Positions 1 to 11,767 of a stretch of 64,000 nucleotides of DNA are shown here, piece after piece. The stretch covers positions 62,001-126,000 of the forward strand of contig NMRA01000697.1 of the NCBI GenBank assembly GCA_002633005.1, given 5' to 3'. A program made the translations under genes and the position numbers. The notes under the pieces were generated by a model. The model searched no databases. It was not told where the DNA came from and was given only the letters and a program-made list of their open reading frames with translations. Numbering within the stretch: the first letter of the stretch is position 1; each line of letters starts with the position of its first letter. This stretch comes from Phoronis australis (Eukaryota > Animalia > Phoronida).

Positions 1-559
1 AAGATGATCTATGACGACGATACTAGTAAGTAAAACTAACATCAAACAACCCATGGCTTAATTGTTCAGATATTTAAAAAAAATTGTTGATGTGTTGCTT
101 TGTTGTTCCCATGGTGACTTGCTAAAAATAAAACAGAGCTGAATTGTGCATCAGCCTGGGAAGAATGAGACAATGTGAATGAGCACATTTCGGACCAGTA
201 TGAGTGATGTGTGAGTGAAACTACTCCTTCACAGGGTGATTCCAACATCCGGTATGAAGACCAAAAACTCGGGACCCCACCGAAAGGGTTCAGAATGAAT
301 GCATTTTGCTTGGTACATTAGATGGAACAACATAGTTGTACAGTCAACCACTACCCACTGACTCCATTGTAGTTTTTTTTGCAGAATGGAAGATCAAGTG
401 ACAAATTTTCCGCACATTTTAGAACTTGGCTATACCATAATCAGAAATTATTAATTTCTAAAATGAAGTCCACAATACATTAAGTAATGAACCAAGGCAT
501 TTTTTTATATGAAATTAACATTAATGAGAACTTCAGCAATAGTTTAGCATAACACTTAC

Positions 560-720
560 TTATAATCTTCATTAGCTACAGTGAAAATAAAAGCTTCCAT
601 AGGGTTCCAAGCCAGTGCATTTGACCTCAGTTTGAGTATGACCTTCCTGAGAGGCACGGACCCTCTCATGTCATACAGCAGAATACTCCTGTCAGAACCC
701 GTAGCACCAAGAATATGAGT
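560..720 (-). CDS. DCAF13: DCAF13/WDSOF1 (Sof1) exon 6; gene continues beyond the left edge
   Basis: AG/GT-bounded 161-nt exon translating THILGATGSDRSILLYDMRGSVPLRKVILKLRSNALAWNPMEAFIFTVANEDY, matching the WD40 region of DCAF13; in frame with exon 5. Confidence 0.93.
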
Positions 721-1940
721 CTACAAAAGAAATAGCTAACTCTCATAAAATAACCAAATAAGCTGAGATCATAGTAACTCACCTAAACTTGACCACGCCT
801 AATTAAGCTTAACAATACCTCACCTTATATGACATTCCACTCCAAACCTGACTTTCCTTGCTCCCTTACTAAGCATTGTTTGATTAGCTTGAAGAAGACC
901 ACTGACGGATAAGGTAGACTAGACTTGTAAAAAACTCATAAACAAGCTTGCTGAGTCAGCCATGTTTTTCATGATAACCACTGCTGTGCAAACCTGAATG
1001 AGATTGCAGGTCAGGAACATAATTCAAGCTGTCTTCAGCGACCACCATAGTTTTCTTACTAGTCATCAAAATTATGTCATCTCAAGACTTGTTCAAGCAT
1101 GACGTCACACTTACTCAGTGGTACGCCCAAGTGTGTTAATACAATAATGCCTGCCACATTCCTGACACTGATGTACAAGCTAAAGCTGTACCCCGACAGG
1201 CACTTAAACTACAGCACTAAATTCATCAAGATTGATTTATATTACGAATTATATTATTCAAGCTTAAAGTGTACACAATAATTCCAGCTTGGCTAACAAT
1301 ATTCAAGCTTGGACTAATATTATTCAAGATTTTTGAGTCTACCTTACTTAAGGTTCCACACTGAGCTCAAATAACCTTACCAGCAATGTGAGTGTATGGT
1401 ACGAGCCACGGGGTCACATGCCAACAGGCTATAGACTATGTTTATTTTGATCTGTAGCCGGTAATAAAATTAGTCTAGATTGGTGACAGAACTCGTTAAA
1501 GATAGTCAGCTTGATTCCTTAAGCTTGGAACTCAATGTTGAAAAAGGCAACTTGTTCAAATTTTTTTGGCAAGCCCAATTTACCTCACTCATCATCAGAC
1601 TTGTTCATCCTTAACAAGGCATGGTTAGAAAGGGAACAAGGAAATTGAAGCTTGGAGAGAAATATCAAATAAGCTGACGTGTCATTAAACTTGAGCAAGT
1701 TGTTCTGGAACAAGACAATCAGATGAAAGTGACCATGTGAACTAAAGTAAAAAAGCTAGCACAACTACACACATGTGTGACAACTCCCACTTTAGCTGTC
1801 TGAGTAGACAAAAAGCTGGAGCAAAGATGAAGTAATGAGTTAAGTGTATGGACAGCTGAATCTATGGAGTTAGGAAGCCAGCTGGCCCATTCAAGAAGTC
1901 CTTTACATTGTCTAAGATGCCATTTACAGCATGTGTCTAC

Positions 1941-2096
1941 CTCAACAGGATTAAATTTGACAGAGTTTATACTGTCTAAGCCCCATGTGAATGAGCGGAC
2001 AGCCTCTGTTCGTTCCTCGTCCCAAATGTCCACCTGTTGTCCACATGTGGCATAGATGTTCTCACGCCAATGATGGTCAATAGAGTAGAACAGGGT
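1941..2096 (-). CDS. DCAF13: DCAF13 exon 5
   Basis: 156-nt exon TLFYSIDHHWRENIYATCGQQVDIWDEERTEAVRSFTWGLDSINSVKFNPVE with canonical splice sites. Confidence 0.94.
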
Positions 2097-2523
2097 CTAT
2101 AAAAGAAAGAACAATAAACAAATTTTGACCAAAACAAGTGGTTTTCAAATTCAATCACACAGTGTGGTGCAAGTGAAAACTATGCGTGCATCTAAGAGCC
2201 AAGGCTAGAAAAGGCCCGTGTACAGAGTATGGTATTTTAACAAAACTTCAGCTGTTGTATTAGACTTATTGAATGCCTGCAGGCATTGGCGTTCCAAATC
2301 AACTATTTGACTTGAAAAGTTACAAGAAATAACCAGTTATGGTATTCCTAGCTAAAACAAACTGATTAATAATGACTGGCATAGGGCCAAAAATAAAATG
2401 GCCGTAACACTCCACTGCCAACAAATTCAAAAAAAATAATTTCAAGGAAGACTATGAATCTGTTTAGAGTGGAACTGTATCCTCAATGAAATGACATAAA
2501 AATAGAAATCAACTGAAACTAAC

Positions 2524-2595
2524 CTTTCCTACTATTGTATTGATAGGTTCATCAGAGTCCAAGCTCCACTGCTTTATCAATTTGTCATCTCCACA
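2524..2595 (-). CDS. DCAF13: DCAF13 exon 4
   Basis: 72-nt exon CGDDKLIKQWSLDSDEPINTIVGK; acceptor ctcttttcag, donor gttagt. Confidence 0.9.
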
Positions 2596-3304
2596 CTGAA
2601 AAGAGTAAGTACAAGCAATCAGTCATAAAAATGCCTAACACAACATGCTGAACAACAGCAATGCAGAGCGTTGATATGCCCTCACCACGTACATTGCATA
2701 CATCCCAGATACAAGGGATGATCAGTATCTTAACATTCCCATTAAAGGAAACAATACTACTTACAATAACCTCTAGGAGGCAAAATGCTCTCCTCAATAT
2801 GAACATATCTGAAGCCTTCCATCATGATGCTTCAGGTAGTATGGTGGATAGAGAGGCGGAAAACAAAGAACAGAACAAAAATAATAAAAAAAACACAAAA
2901 GGTCAAACCATCTGAATACATCGATAAACTATCAAAATAAATGCAAAGAAAACCAAAATTGGCACTAGGGACAGTAAACAGATTTGTCCCAAAATCCAGG
3001 TCAGTTGTACTCTTCTAAATTGAAACAAACATCAAATATTACGAAGATCCATTAAGGAACTTGGTATAAGCCAGAAGCAAAAAAAACAAAACCACCTCTA
3101 GGAGGCGCCACAGAATTCAGATTCATCAGCAGCCATGCTCTTATCAGTAGAAGCACATAAAATTATGCCAATTTTCACCATGATCCTTTGAATGATTTGG
3201 CTGACAATAAAAAACAGGCTTGAAAAGGATAAAAATGTCCTCCAGGTGGCGTACAATACATCACGTCATCCGACAATTGGAAAGCGTCTTTGCCTCCTCC
3301 TGAA

Positions 3305-3790
3305 GGCCCTTTCATATTGACTTAACTCCGGTAGGTGTGGAGCGTCGACGTAAACACTGCAGTTCACTGGACTGTTCATACTGGCTTCAGTAGTTAGTGA
3401 CCATCGAAGTAAAGAGTTGGTGACGCTGACGTCATCGAAGTTAACTCAAGGTACCACTGCACGCTACGATTTTTTTCAATGTGACAATTTGGGAACATTT
3501 AAATGTGCTAAATGACATTAAACGCATTTTTAAATCGATTGGTTATCATTATAGCAAAAAATAAGTAGTTATTTGTGATGGCACTACTCTGTAACTGTTG
3601 ACGATAACAGTGGCACCTGGCGATAACTTCGATTGGACCGGAGTTAAGTGTTCATACTGCGGTCTTAAATCCACTTGTTAACAGCGATGTTAACTGGAGC
3701 TGTTTTCTGCGATCCAGGACCGGAGTTATGCGTTCATACTGACCGCAACTCTCCAAACCATTGACGTGTTGACGTTAGTATGAAAGGCCC
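3305..3790. mobile_element. MITE-like non-autonomous DNA transposon (possibly Harbinger-type)
   Basis: Imperfect terminal inverted repeats ggccctttcata / tatgaaaggccc, repeated internal ttcatactg motifs, no ORF; TSD unclear. Confidence 0.55.
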
Positions 3791-4460
3791 TATAGAAGCC
3801 TAGTTATCAGATTTTATGAACTTACGACGAGGAACTGCCAAGTTACAGAGGAGAATCTATCTGAAAGTTGCCATCATCTGTTGTTGCCAAAGTACACTAA
3901 GTTCATGCAAGGGGCTAAGGAGATCCAACTCCCAAACACCAGACAGATGTTGTATAGAAATGACAGCAATATGTCACCACATATACGAATGAGGATGCAC
4001 AAACATGGCACAATTACCAAATACTTTGCCACTTAAGATGAAGCATAAAATGACATAACACAGTTTAACGCAACAATAAGTTAGACCAGAACACCTAAGC
4101 AAAGAAACCAACTTCCTACTAGTTAACAATTTGGCATAATTTTTAGTGAAAACTATTGGGAAATCAGGATTTCACAAATCTTCTAAGACAAGAGAAATGT
4201 TGTTCAACTACCTTCTGTTTAAGGAATTTTTTTCCTCCGCAAATCAACTGACACTCACATTGCTGCACGTCACAAAGAAGCACTTAAGAATTAACGTAAA
4301 CATCAAAAGCCTAGTGTTCAAATAAATTGTATTTTCTAATGAAACACAAGTGCACTGCACACACAGAACATTTTACCATATCATGAGATGCACTTCTTCA
4401 GTAGTAGACATGCACTTAATTTAATGACCACTCAACGGTGAAATTGCAAGAGTAACTTAC

Positions 4461-4568
4461 ACTATAAAAGAACTGCCCATCGGAATTTGTGCACACTCCC
4501 CGAACAAAGCCCTCGTGAGCACTCCAACTACGGACACAGCTTCTTTCCGCAAGATTCCACAGTTTCAC
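4461..4568 (-). CDS. DCAF13: DCAF13 exon 3
   Basis: 108-nt exon VKLWNLAERSCVRSWSAHEGFVRGVCTNSDGQFFYS with canonical splice sites. Confidence 0.93.
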
Positions 4569-5976
4569 CTGAAAACAAATATAGCTCATTCTCACCTACT
4601 TCAATCAATCCAGAGATCAAAAACAGCAAACAACAACTTACTTTTGAGCAAATCAAGGGAACCCATTTGTAGCTTGTACTTCTGGCAAATTTTCATATTG
4701 TTATTACAGAAGTGAACAATGTATTCAATCTGAAGTTATATTAAGAGTAACTTCAGTCTTACATAATACAATATTTTAGTTTGACATTTCTGGTTATTTT
4801 GAGGTTAATGAGTAATAGGTCAAGTGACATTGATTTTTGAGACATTGAACTAGCAAGTTTCAGAAAATAATACGACACCATTTGCCAACCTGGGACTTTC
4901 ACTGACCTGCATTTGATGAGTTGGCATTAAAGGCTAACGACCACTGAATTCACTGATTCAGAAATATTTTGGACAAGAATGAAATAACTATGGAGTTTGA
5001 GTTGTTTCATATGAATGACACAAAAGATTTTTTCAAATCTGTACAAATTTGAAATGTAGCAACGAAGTTTGGTATATGTATATGGACAAGGATCAATTAT
5101 AAATCTTGGAATTCCTCACCAAAACAAGCTCACATACTTTTGTTGAACCACTGATAAGAGACACACTTATCAAGGCTTGTCCAGAAATCAAACATATTCC
5201 ATTAAATAAAGACAGTCTATCAGACACTCTAAAAACAAAAGACCAAGTGGCTTTGAGAATACCCAATCAAATTTTATCGTTTCTGTTTGTTCGAACTTTC
5301 CAAGGAGTGTGCCTGTGCTTATAATCCAGAATTCTCGGATATCGAGGTAGCTTGTTGGTGGACATAAAATTGAATTTAATGGCCATCACTAATGATAGCC
5401 CAAGCAAGCTATTTTACTGGCAGTGCACTTATAGAACTGGCAATAGTAAGTGAATACCAGTGAAGCAATGTTTTCCATTTATGCACTTTAATTGTAAGTA
5501 TTTACAAACTTTATTAGTTGCCTCATTTGGTAATTGATTAACGGAGTATTTCAAGCATCATCAATTTTCCTTACATGGAAGCCAAGATTTTGTTTCATGC
5601 ATAAGGCATTTGTCCATGACACAACTTTTCATCGGTACAACATAAGTGCCCAATACAAGTATCACCCTGTATCTGCAAACACATTTTGGATTCTGAAAAC
5701 ATGTTTGGGAGACACGAGGTGATAATGGATAAATTTAATCATTTCTCCGAGTCGTTTAAGGAGTAACAACATGAGTCTACAGGTCAACACCAAACCCACT
5801 GCAACTCTAACGAGAAGGTTCTGAACACAAATGTTAGTAAAGACAGATTCTCAAAATTCAGCAAGAAGTCCCAACCTAGCTTAATTGACTGTTTCCATCG
5901 ACTGTGCAGCAAAAGTTTGAGAACTACAGACATGCGGAGCGGCTTAAAGACATGGTTTTGGGGCTGGTACCCTTAC

Positions 5977-6176
5977 CTCACCATCACAAGCACCGGATAT
6001 GACTGTGGACAGGCTTTTAGGGTGTTTACACAGACAGTGGACGCCATCACGGTGACCCTCCAGGGAGCCAAGGAAAGGCTTGGCAAACACACGTTCCAAC
6101 TTGACAGCATTCAAAGCCCTGACGTATTCCCGAGGGGCTTCAAAAGGATTGAGGACTGGGTCATAGTTCCTTGGCA
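5977..6176 (-). CDS. DCAF13: DCAF13 exon 2
   Basis: 200-nt exon (V)PRNYDPVLNPFEAPREYVRALNAVKLERVFAKPFLGSLEGHRDGVHCLCKHPKSLSTVISGACDGE, the diagnostic Sof1/DCAF13 N-terminus. Confidence 0.96.
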
Positions 6177-8171
6177 CTGAAATTAATAAATTTACAAACA
6201 CATGAACACAGCAATTAGGAAATACCAGACCTGAAGACAAATAGTGGAACTGGCTCATTCCTGTAAAGACAGGGGCACTTTCAAGGAAAACTTAGTGCTT
6301 TGCTACGAGGATGTTGCGACTTAATTACCATTTGACACTCATTTACAAACAGGACAAAAATTACATGGTCGGAGTAAGTAAAACTACTTATGAGAAATCT
6401 AATACACACGCTCATTATCAAAATGACTTGTCACCAATTTAGTATCTTGCTTTCGCCAAAAAATAAGCTTTTTACACATATATCCTATTGACTTGATTGA
6501 TCCAAAGATAGTCATCCAAGAAAATTTGGAGAAGGGGAACAATCACAAGACTGGTCACTGATGGGGCAACATATGAAAGAAACATTTGAAAGTGACCAAT
6601 AGATCGAAAGTTTCTGCTTGATGACACATTTCATTTTTACATGACGAGGTTTCTAATCACCTTGGTGAAATACCAGTGGTATGACTTCCAACTTACCAAC
6701 AAACCGTATCTCTGAGTAAGCTTTGCTTTGGTAAAGCTGTAATCGTCTCCTGAAGGATGTCAAAAAAAATTTGCAAATGGGGCCCGTGCATGTCACAAGC
6801 ACACTGTTTTCAAATAGATGACAGAAACGGGCCAGCTTCTGATTTCAGTAACAGAACAAAGGACTGTTTAGAAAGAAATGTTGATTGCAAGAGTAGGTGT
6901 TCAATTTGGAAGAAATTAAAGATATCAATTGCCTCCCAAGGAAACCCTCTATGCTCAAAAGGTACTTATAGGACTGTGAGTTTATGGTTTAGTCAGTGTG
7001 ATGCATAATTTTCCTAAAAGCTTCCATACATTAGAATGAGTCGCCACCAAATAATGGTTATCAGGTAGTATTTGGTCAGTTTTAGCCATATCGGTGAGTT
7101 AAAAAACCTCCAACACTGAGACTAAAACCAGGAGGTCCTGCCAAGGAGCCAAAAATCCAAACTGCTCAGCCATGAGGCAATTGCTGCCTGGCAAACAATT
7201 TAGAGAGGCTTTATACGACTCCATGTCACACCAGAAGTCACTTGTCACAACTCTCCGTTCTACAGATCAAGCATGCTACCTGCCCCAACCAGGACAGCCA
7301 CGTTTCTAGTAAAGGTTACTACTAGGTTGTTGGAGCATGGCTCTGGAGTGTTGACATCTCGTCTAGTCATGGATTCTACTGCTGTTGGGCAACAAGGTTG
7401 AAAAATCTGCCAACGTCAAGACTTGAACTGGGACTTCCTTCATGAGAGCAGAGAGTCCAAACCATTCATATATAGAGGCTTTATATGACTCCACGTGACA
7501 GTCGAAATTCACGTGCCACAACAGGTGCACGGCAATATTTTTATCACCTGTAGCTTTGCCCCAAGGTTACCAGGCGATGTGAAATTTCGAGGTTCCCAGG
7601 TATATTTTAATGTCAGTCTTCATACAACTAAACAACTAGCAGCCACACTATTCATAGGCATGTAAGCTGTCTGTGCTGCCACCTCTTGGCATCACTGGCA
7701 GAACAACAACAGGGTAGACCTCGATAACGCTAAGACCTTGCTAGAAAAGCAAGACTTTGCGGGATAATGCCATGTATTTCAAATGAGAGCATGTGATTTT
7801 GGCTAGATTTTTGTAACCGTGAAACAGCTACTGACCTCTACCCAGATTACACTATACTCTACACAGTACACATCCACAATGAGCACTGATAATGACAACC
7901 TTGACTACGTGAAGAGAAAGTTTGACAACGGGAGTATTTATTCGACTCGGCCGTGTGCATGGTTCCGGTGGGTGAGTGAGCAGGTGAGTTGAGACGCAGC
8001 GGCCCTAAACTTATCAGTCATGTTGTGAAATGATGCGATCTTGACATGGATTGGATAAATGTATCATGGTTGATAATTCATCAATGTTCACAAGCCAGGG
8101 GATATCATGTCATACCAACTGCCGCTCACAGCATTAAAAACGATGAGTTTCCGATTTTGGGAACTAAAGCC

Positions 8172-8952
8172 ATCGCTAAAGATTGCTCCACAACTTAAGC
8201 AGCAGAATAACGGTAGAATGCCATTTTTTCCAACATCGTTAAATAATTTAGTTTACTCAAGGAAGACTGTAGTTTTTAATGACACTAACTTTGTGTCAGA
8301 TTTTATCTTACCACTTTTTACCCACATCGACGCAAAGCTGTTTTTTTAGTATACAGCTTTGTACCAAGGTTAGTTGAACCCGTTTTGTGCAAATTTATAG
8401 TTCTGTGTTTGACATGGATGGCTGAAGTAAAGCACCCATGTAATATCTAATCTCGAAAGTCATACCTTATGGTATATATACAACATTGGGGACAGTCAGA
8501 AGCTGAGGGCCCCTATGATTTTGACACAGTCAATCTTCATGCTGGCTGGTAATAACTTAGCCTTGGTACAAAGCTGTATACTAAAAATACAGCTTTGCAC
8601 CGATGTGGGTAAAAAAGTAGTAAGATAAAATCTGACACAAAATTAGTGTCATTAAAAGCTACAGTCTTCCTTGAGTAAACTAAATTATTTAACGGTGTTG
8701 GAAAAAATGGCTTTCTACCGTTATTCTGCTGCTAAAGTTGTGGAGTGATCCATTATATAGCGACGGCTTTTGGCGCCATGAAATATTGCATCACCTATTG
8801 GCCAGCATCTTTTTTCGCTGATTCTTCAATCAACCGTTGTTCTTTCACGAGATTGCGTACATGTCGCAACATATTATCATAACTGGTTTCACTTCATTAT
8901 AGGTTTTTAGAATTTTGAAACCGAAAAACGAATTTCAGAGGAAATTTTGCTG
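8172..8952. repeat. Two partial, oppositely oriented copies of the TAGCC..GGCTA hairpin-ended repeat family
   Basis: 8172-8372 is the near reverse complement of 8558-8765; 8558-8952 matches 9296-9690. Confidence 0.85.
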
Positions 8953-9295
8953 GGCACTAGTCGGATATAATGGACCCTAACTTATTCCAAATAAATCCAC
9001 TAAATGTGGGTCTAAATGAATGATTTTGATATCGTTGCATTCCTCAGACATCTGGCTATCCGTACATATCCACCTTACAACCCTCAATTACTCCGTTCTA
9101 TAACTACGCTATTCCGAACTCGGTCCACTTTAGCCACGCGCATTGTAAAATCNGTTGTAGATTTCACGAAAAGGTGAGAGTGGAGTGGCGCGCGTGATCC
9201 ATGAGAGTGGGCAATTGTATATTACGACACTTCATTTTATTTTTTAAGTATTCCAGACAGAATTTGAAATGGGACCAATTTATCCGACTATTACC

Positions 9296-10097
9296 TAGCC
9301 TTGGTACAAAGCTGTATACTAAAAATACAGCTTTGCACCGATGTGGGTAAAAAAGTAGTAAGATAAAATCTGCCACAAAATTAATGTCATTAAAAGCTAC
9401 AGTCTTCCTTGAGTAAACTAAATTATTTAACGGTGTTGGAAAAAATGGTGTTCTACCGTCATTCTGCTGCTAAAGTTGTGGAGTGATCCATATAGCGACG
9501 GCTTTTGGCGCCGTGAAATACCAATGCGTCACCTACTGGCCAGTTTCTTTTTTCGCTGATTCTTCAATCAACTGTTGTTCTTTCACGAGCTTGCGTACAC
9601 ATCACAACATATTATTGTAACTGGTTTCACTTCATTATACTAGGTTTTTAGAATTTTGAAACCGAAAAACCGAATTTCAGAGGAAATTTTGCTGCTGCCA
9701 AGCTATCATCATTAGCCGAAAGATGTCGCATAAATTTAGATAATGGCGCATGCACGTGACACGAGCGTACTGTTTTTGAAACAACGACATACTTTTCATT
9801 GGTAGAAAAGGCAAAGAGTTACACAATAAAATGACGTTTATTGCACTGTTTTTCACTTTATGGCTGTAACAGTGTAACAGTGTAACAGGAATGGTGAGTG
9901 TTGGTTGATTGCCAGATTTTTCATGCACCCCGTCCGGTCTTTAGCTCTACATGTTGATACAAGTTTCACAGCAAGGTGACGAGCAGAACTACCCTGGCTG
10001 TGTACAATTTCGGGGTCTACGGTAGAAATACACACAGTGGTACCTAGCTGTGTTTTGACGATAGTCTTCAAACACTGACTCAGTGACTGGCTGGCTA
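9296..10097 (-). mobile_element. Apparently full-length (about 800 bp) non-autonomous element with TAGCC..GGCTA ends and subterminal hairpins
   Basis: Starts tagccttggtacaaagctgtat and ends gactggctggcta; homologous to the reverse complement of 57266-58327. Confidence 0.75.
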
Positions 10098-10171
10098 GGA
10101 ATAATTGAACAGTCAAGAATTGAACGTCACTCGTCCCTGACTCATACAGAGTCAGAAACAACAAATTTTAC

Positions 10172-10241
10172 CTTTGTGTATATCTCTCTTCGTTTCTCTC
10201 CGATATTCGTCGGGATGTCTACATAACACTTTGACTTTCAT
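10172..10241 (-). CDS. DCAF13: DCAF13 exon 1 (start codon at 10241)
   Basis: MKVKVLCRHPDEYRRETKRDIHK followed by a phase-1 GT donor; joins exon 2 in frame. Confidence 0.94.
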
Positions 10242-10601
10242 TTTGAATTAAACAACATTGGAATCACTGAAGATAAAATCGTAAAATCCACATGTTTAGT
10301 TGTAACGGTCACCAGATGTCGCTCACTGTTGACCTAAATACTCTGCGCATGCTCAATTCATTGCAAATTATAGGTCAAGGCGCGCGAAAAGAGAACCTGT
10401 AGAAATCAAAACAAAATAAGTGAGAATTCCTTGTTTTCATGGTTATTCTTGAAATTTTTAATCAACATCACACCCTCGTGCTCTTGATGCTATCAGATAT
10501 CGTTGTAGGAGCCGTGAAATTCTACCTGGAAACCTTGTGAAGCCCACGTGATCACCTCGGACAATTCAGGGGCAACGATTGTGCCGACTGCACGCCGCGC
10601 G
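10242..10601. promoter_or_regulatory. Bidirectional promoter and 5' UTRs between DCAF13 and the UBTF-like gene
   Basis: 360 bp between divergent start codons; locally CpG-richer; contains tgcgcatgc (NRF1-like, about 10345) and cacgtg (E-box, about 10544). Confidence 0.7.
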
Positions 10602-10710
10602 ATGGCTTCGTCTTTCCTCGGCCGCGAGCAGCTCTTGCCGACCAGTATTAAGCAACTGAAGAAACAACGACAACAGTCAAAAGTGGTTGGATCTTCATCA
10701 GAGAATGAAA
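10602..10710 (+). CDS. UBTF: UBTF-like exon 1 (predicted start)
   Basis: MASSFLGREQLLPTSIKQLKKQRQQSKVVGSSSENE followed by phase-1 donor gtgagt; phase fits the downstream micro-exons. Confidence 0.7.
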
Positions 10711-11137
10711 GTGAGTTATGGGTGTAAATTTCCTATTCTAGAGCAGTCCAGATTTGGTTTCGGTTATGTGGCTTTCTTTTGTCGTGCCTGGGTAGGCCAG
10801 TGACAGTGTTGGGCTGGTTAAGCAATTTATTACATAGGATGTCGCAGGCTTACAGCGGCGACAGTACATCCCCACAAAAAGTTACGAATTTCAAAATACT
10901 GCAAATAAAATCAAATGAATGCATATATGCAATTTGGTTTTGCCTAAGCACAGAACTTCGTTTTATTGTCTAAAGTCCTTCTTTATTCAGGCCATTCAAC
11001 AGTGGAACAACTTGCCAAATAGTTAAAGGAATAAAGGAGGCTCACTGTTACGATGATTTCAGACACCAACTTATTAGTTACCTGTGGTTGTCATAACTTT
11101 CCCTCCTTTTTGTCGCTCCAATGTATATACCATATAC

Positions 11138-11767
11138 ACATAGCTTACCCAATTATCGGATGGAACCTAAATATCGGACATTTCATAAAATCTTACCTGA
11201 AGCATAATCTGAGAATTAACTGAGACCAATTTTTATTCCGTTGTAATGCATTCGATGTCCGGCACCGTCTCGTTTTTTACAGCGTTGCTTTGATTTCACG
11301 GAGAGAGGGTGCAATTTAGATCCCCAAGTCGGCCTAAAATGGACGATCGCATAAATCGGTTATAAAAGTTGAAAACATAATCTTTTTCCGCAATGAAGCC
11401 ATCTCATTAAACTGACAATATGTCACTTTTCCATTTTTTCATTTGTTTTTAAACTCAAGTCAAACGCACGTGCGGGTGTCATATCAAGAAGCCAGAGTGA
11501 ACCTAAAAACTGCAGTGAGCTTGCACGTGCTTTAGTCGTCTGCACTAATTCATCTAAACGACTTGGTGCCGTCATCAGATTTCATTTTATGGATAATTTT
11601 GTTGCGAATAGACCTGTGTTCTAGCAGCATATATGTCAAAACACTGGAGCTGAAACTTAGCTACAAGGTGCCCGCGGCCATTACGTGGTTAGTCAGTTTT
11701 CCGCGGTGTGGCGTATGGGGAAACATGGTGTACGATATTTAGGTTCTCCGAAGGTTTGCTAGTTGTG
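11138..11767. mobile_element. CAC..GTG-ended non-autonomous DNA element; second partial copy at 57381-57581
   Basis: Imperfect inverted ends (gaacctaaatatcg / cgatatttaggttc); first 200 bp recur at 57381-57581. Confidence 0.6.

Noticed and set aside
5575-5692. Exon-like 118-nt segment in DCAF13 intron 2
   Set aside because: No DCAF13 similarity, would shift the frame, and exons 2 and 3 already join correctly; no evidence of use.
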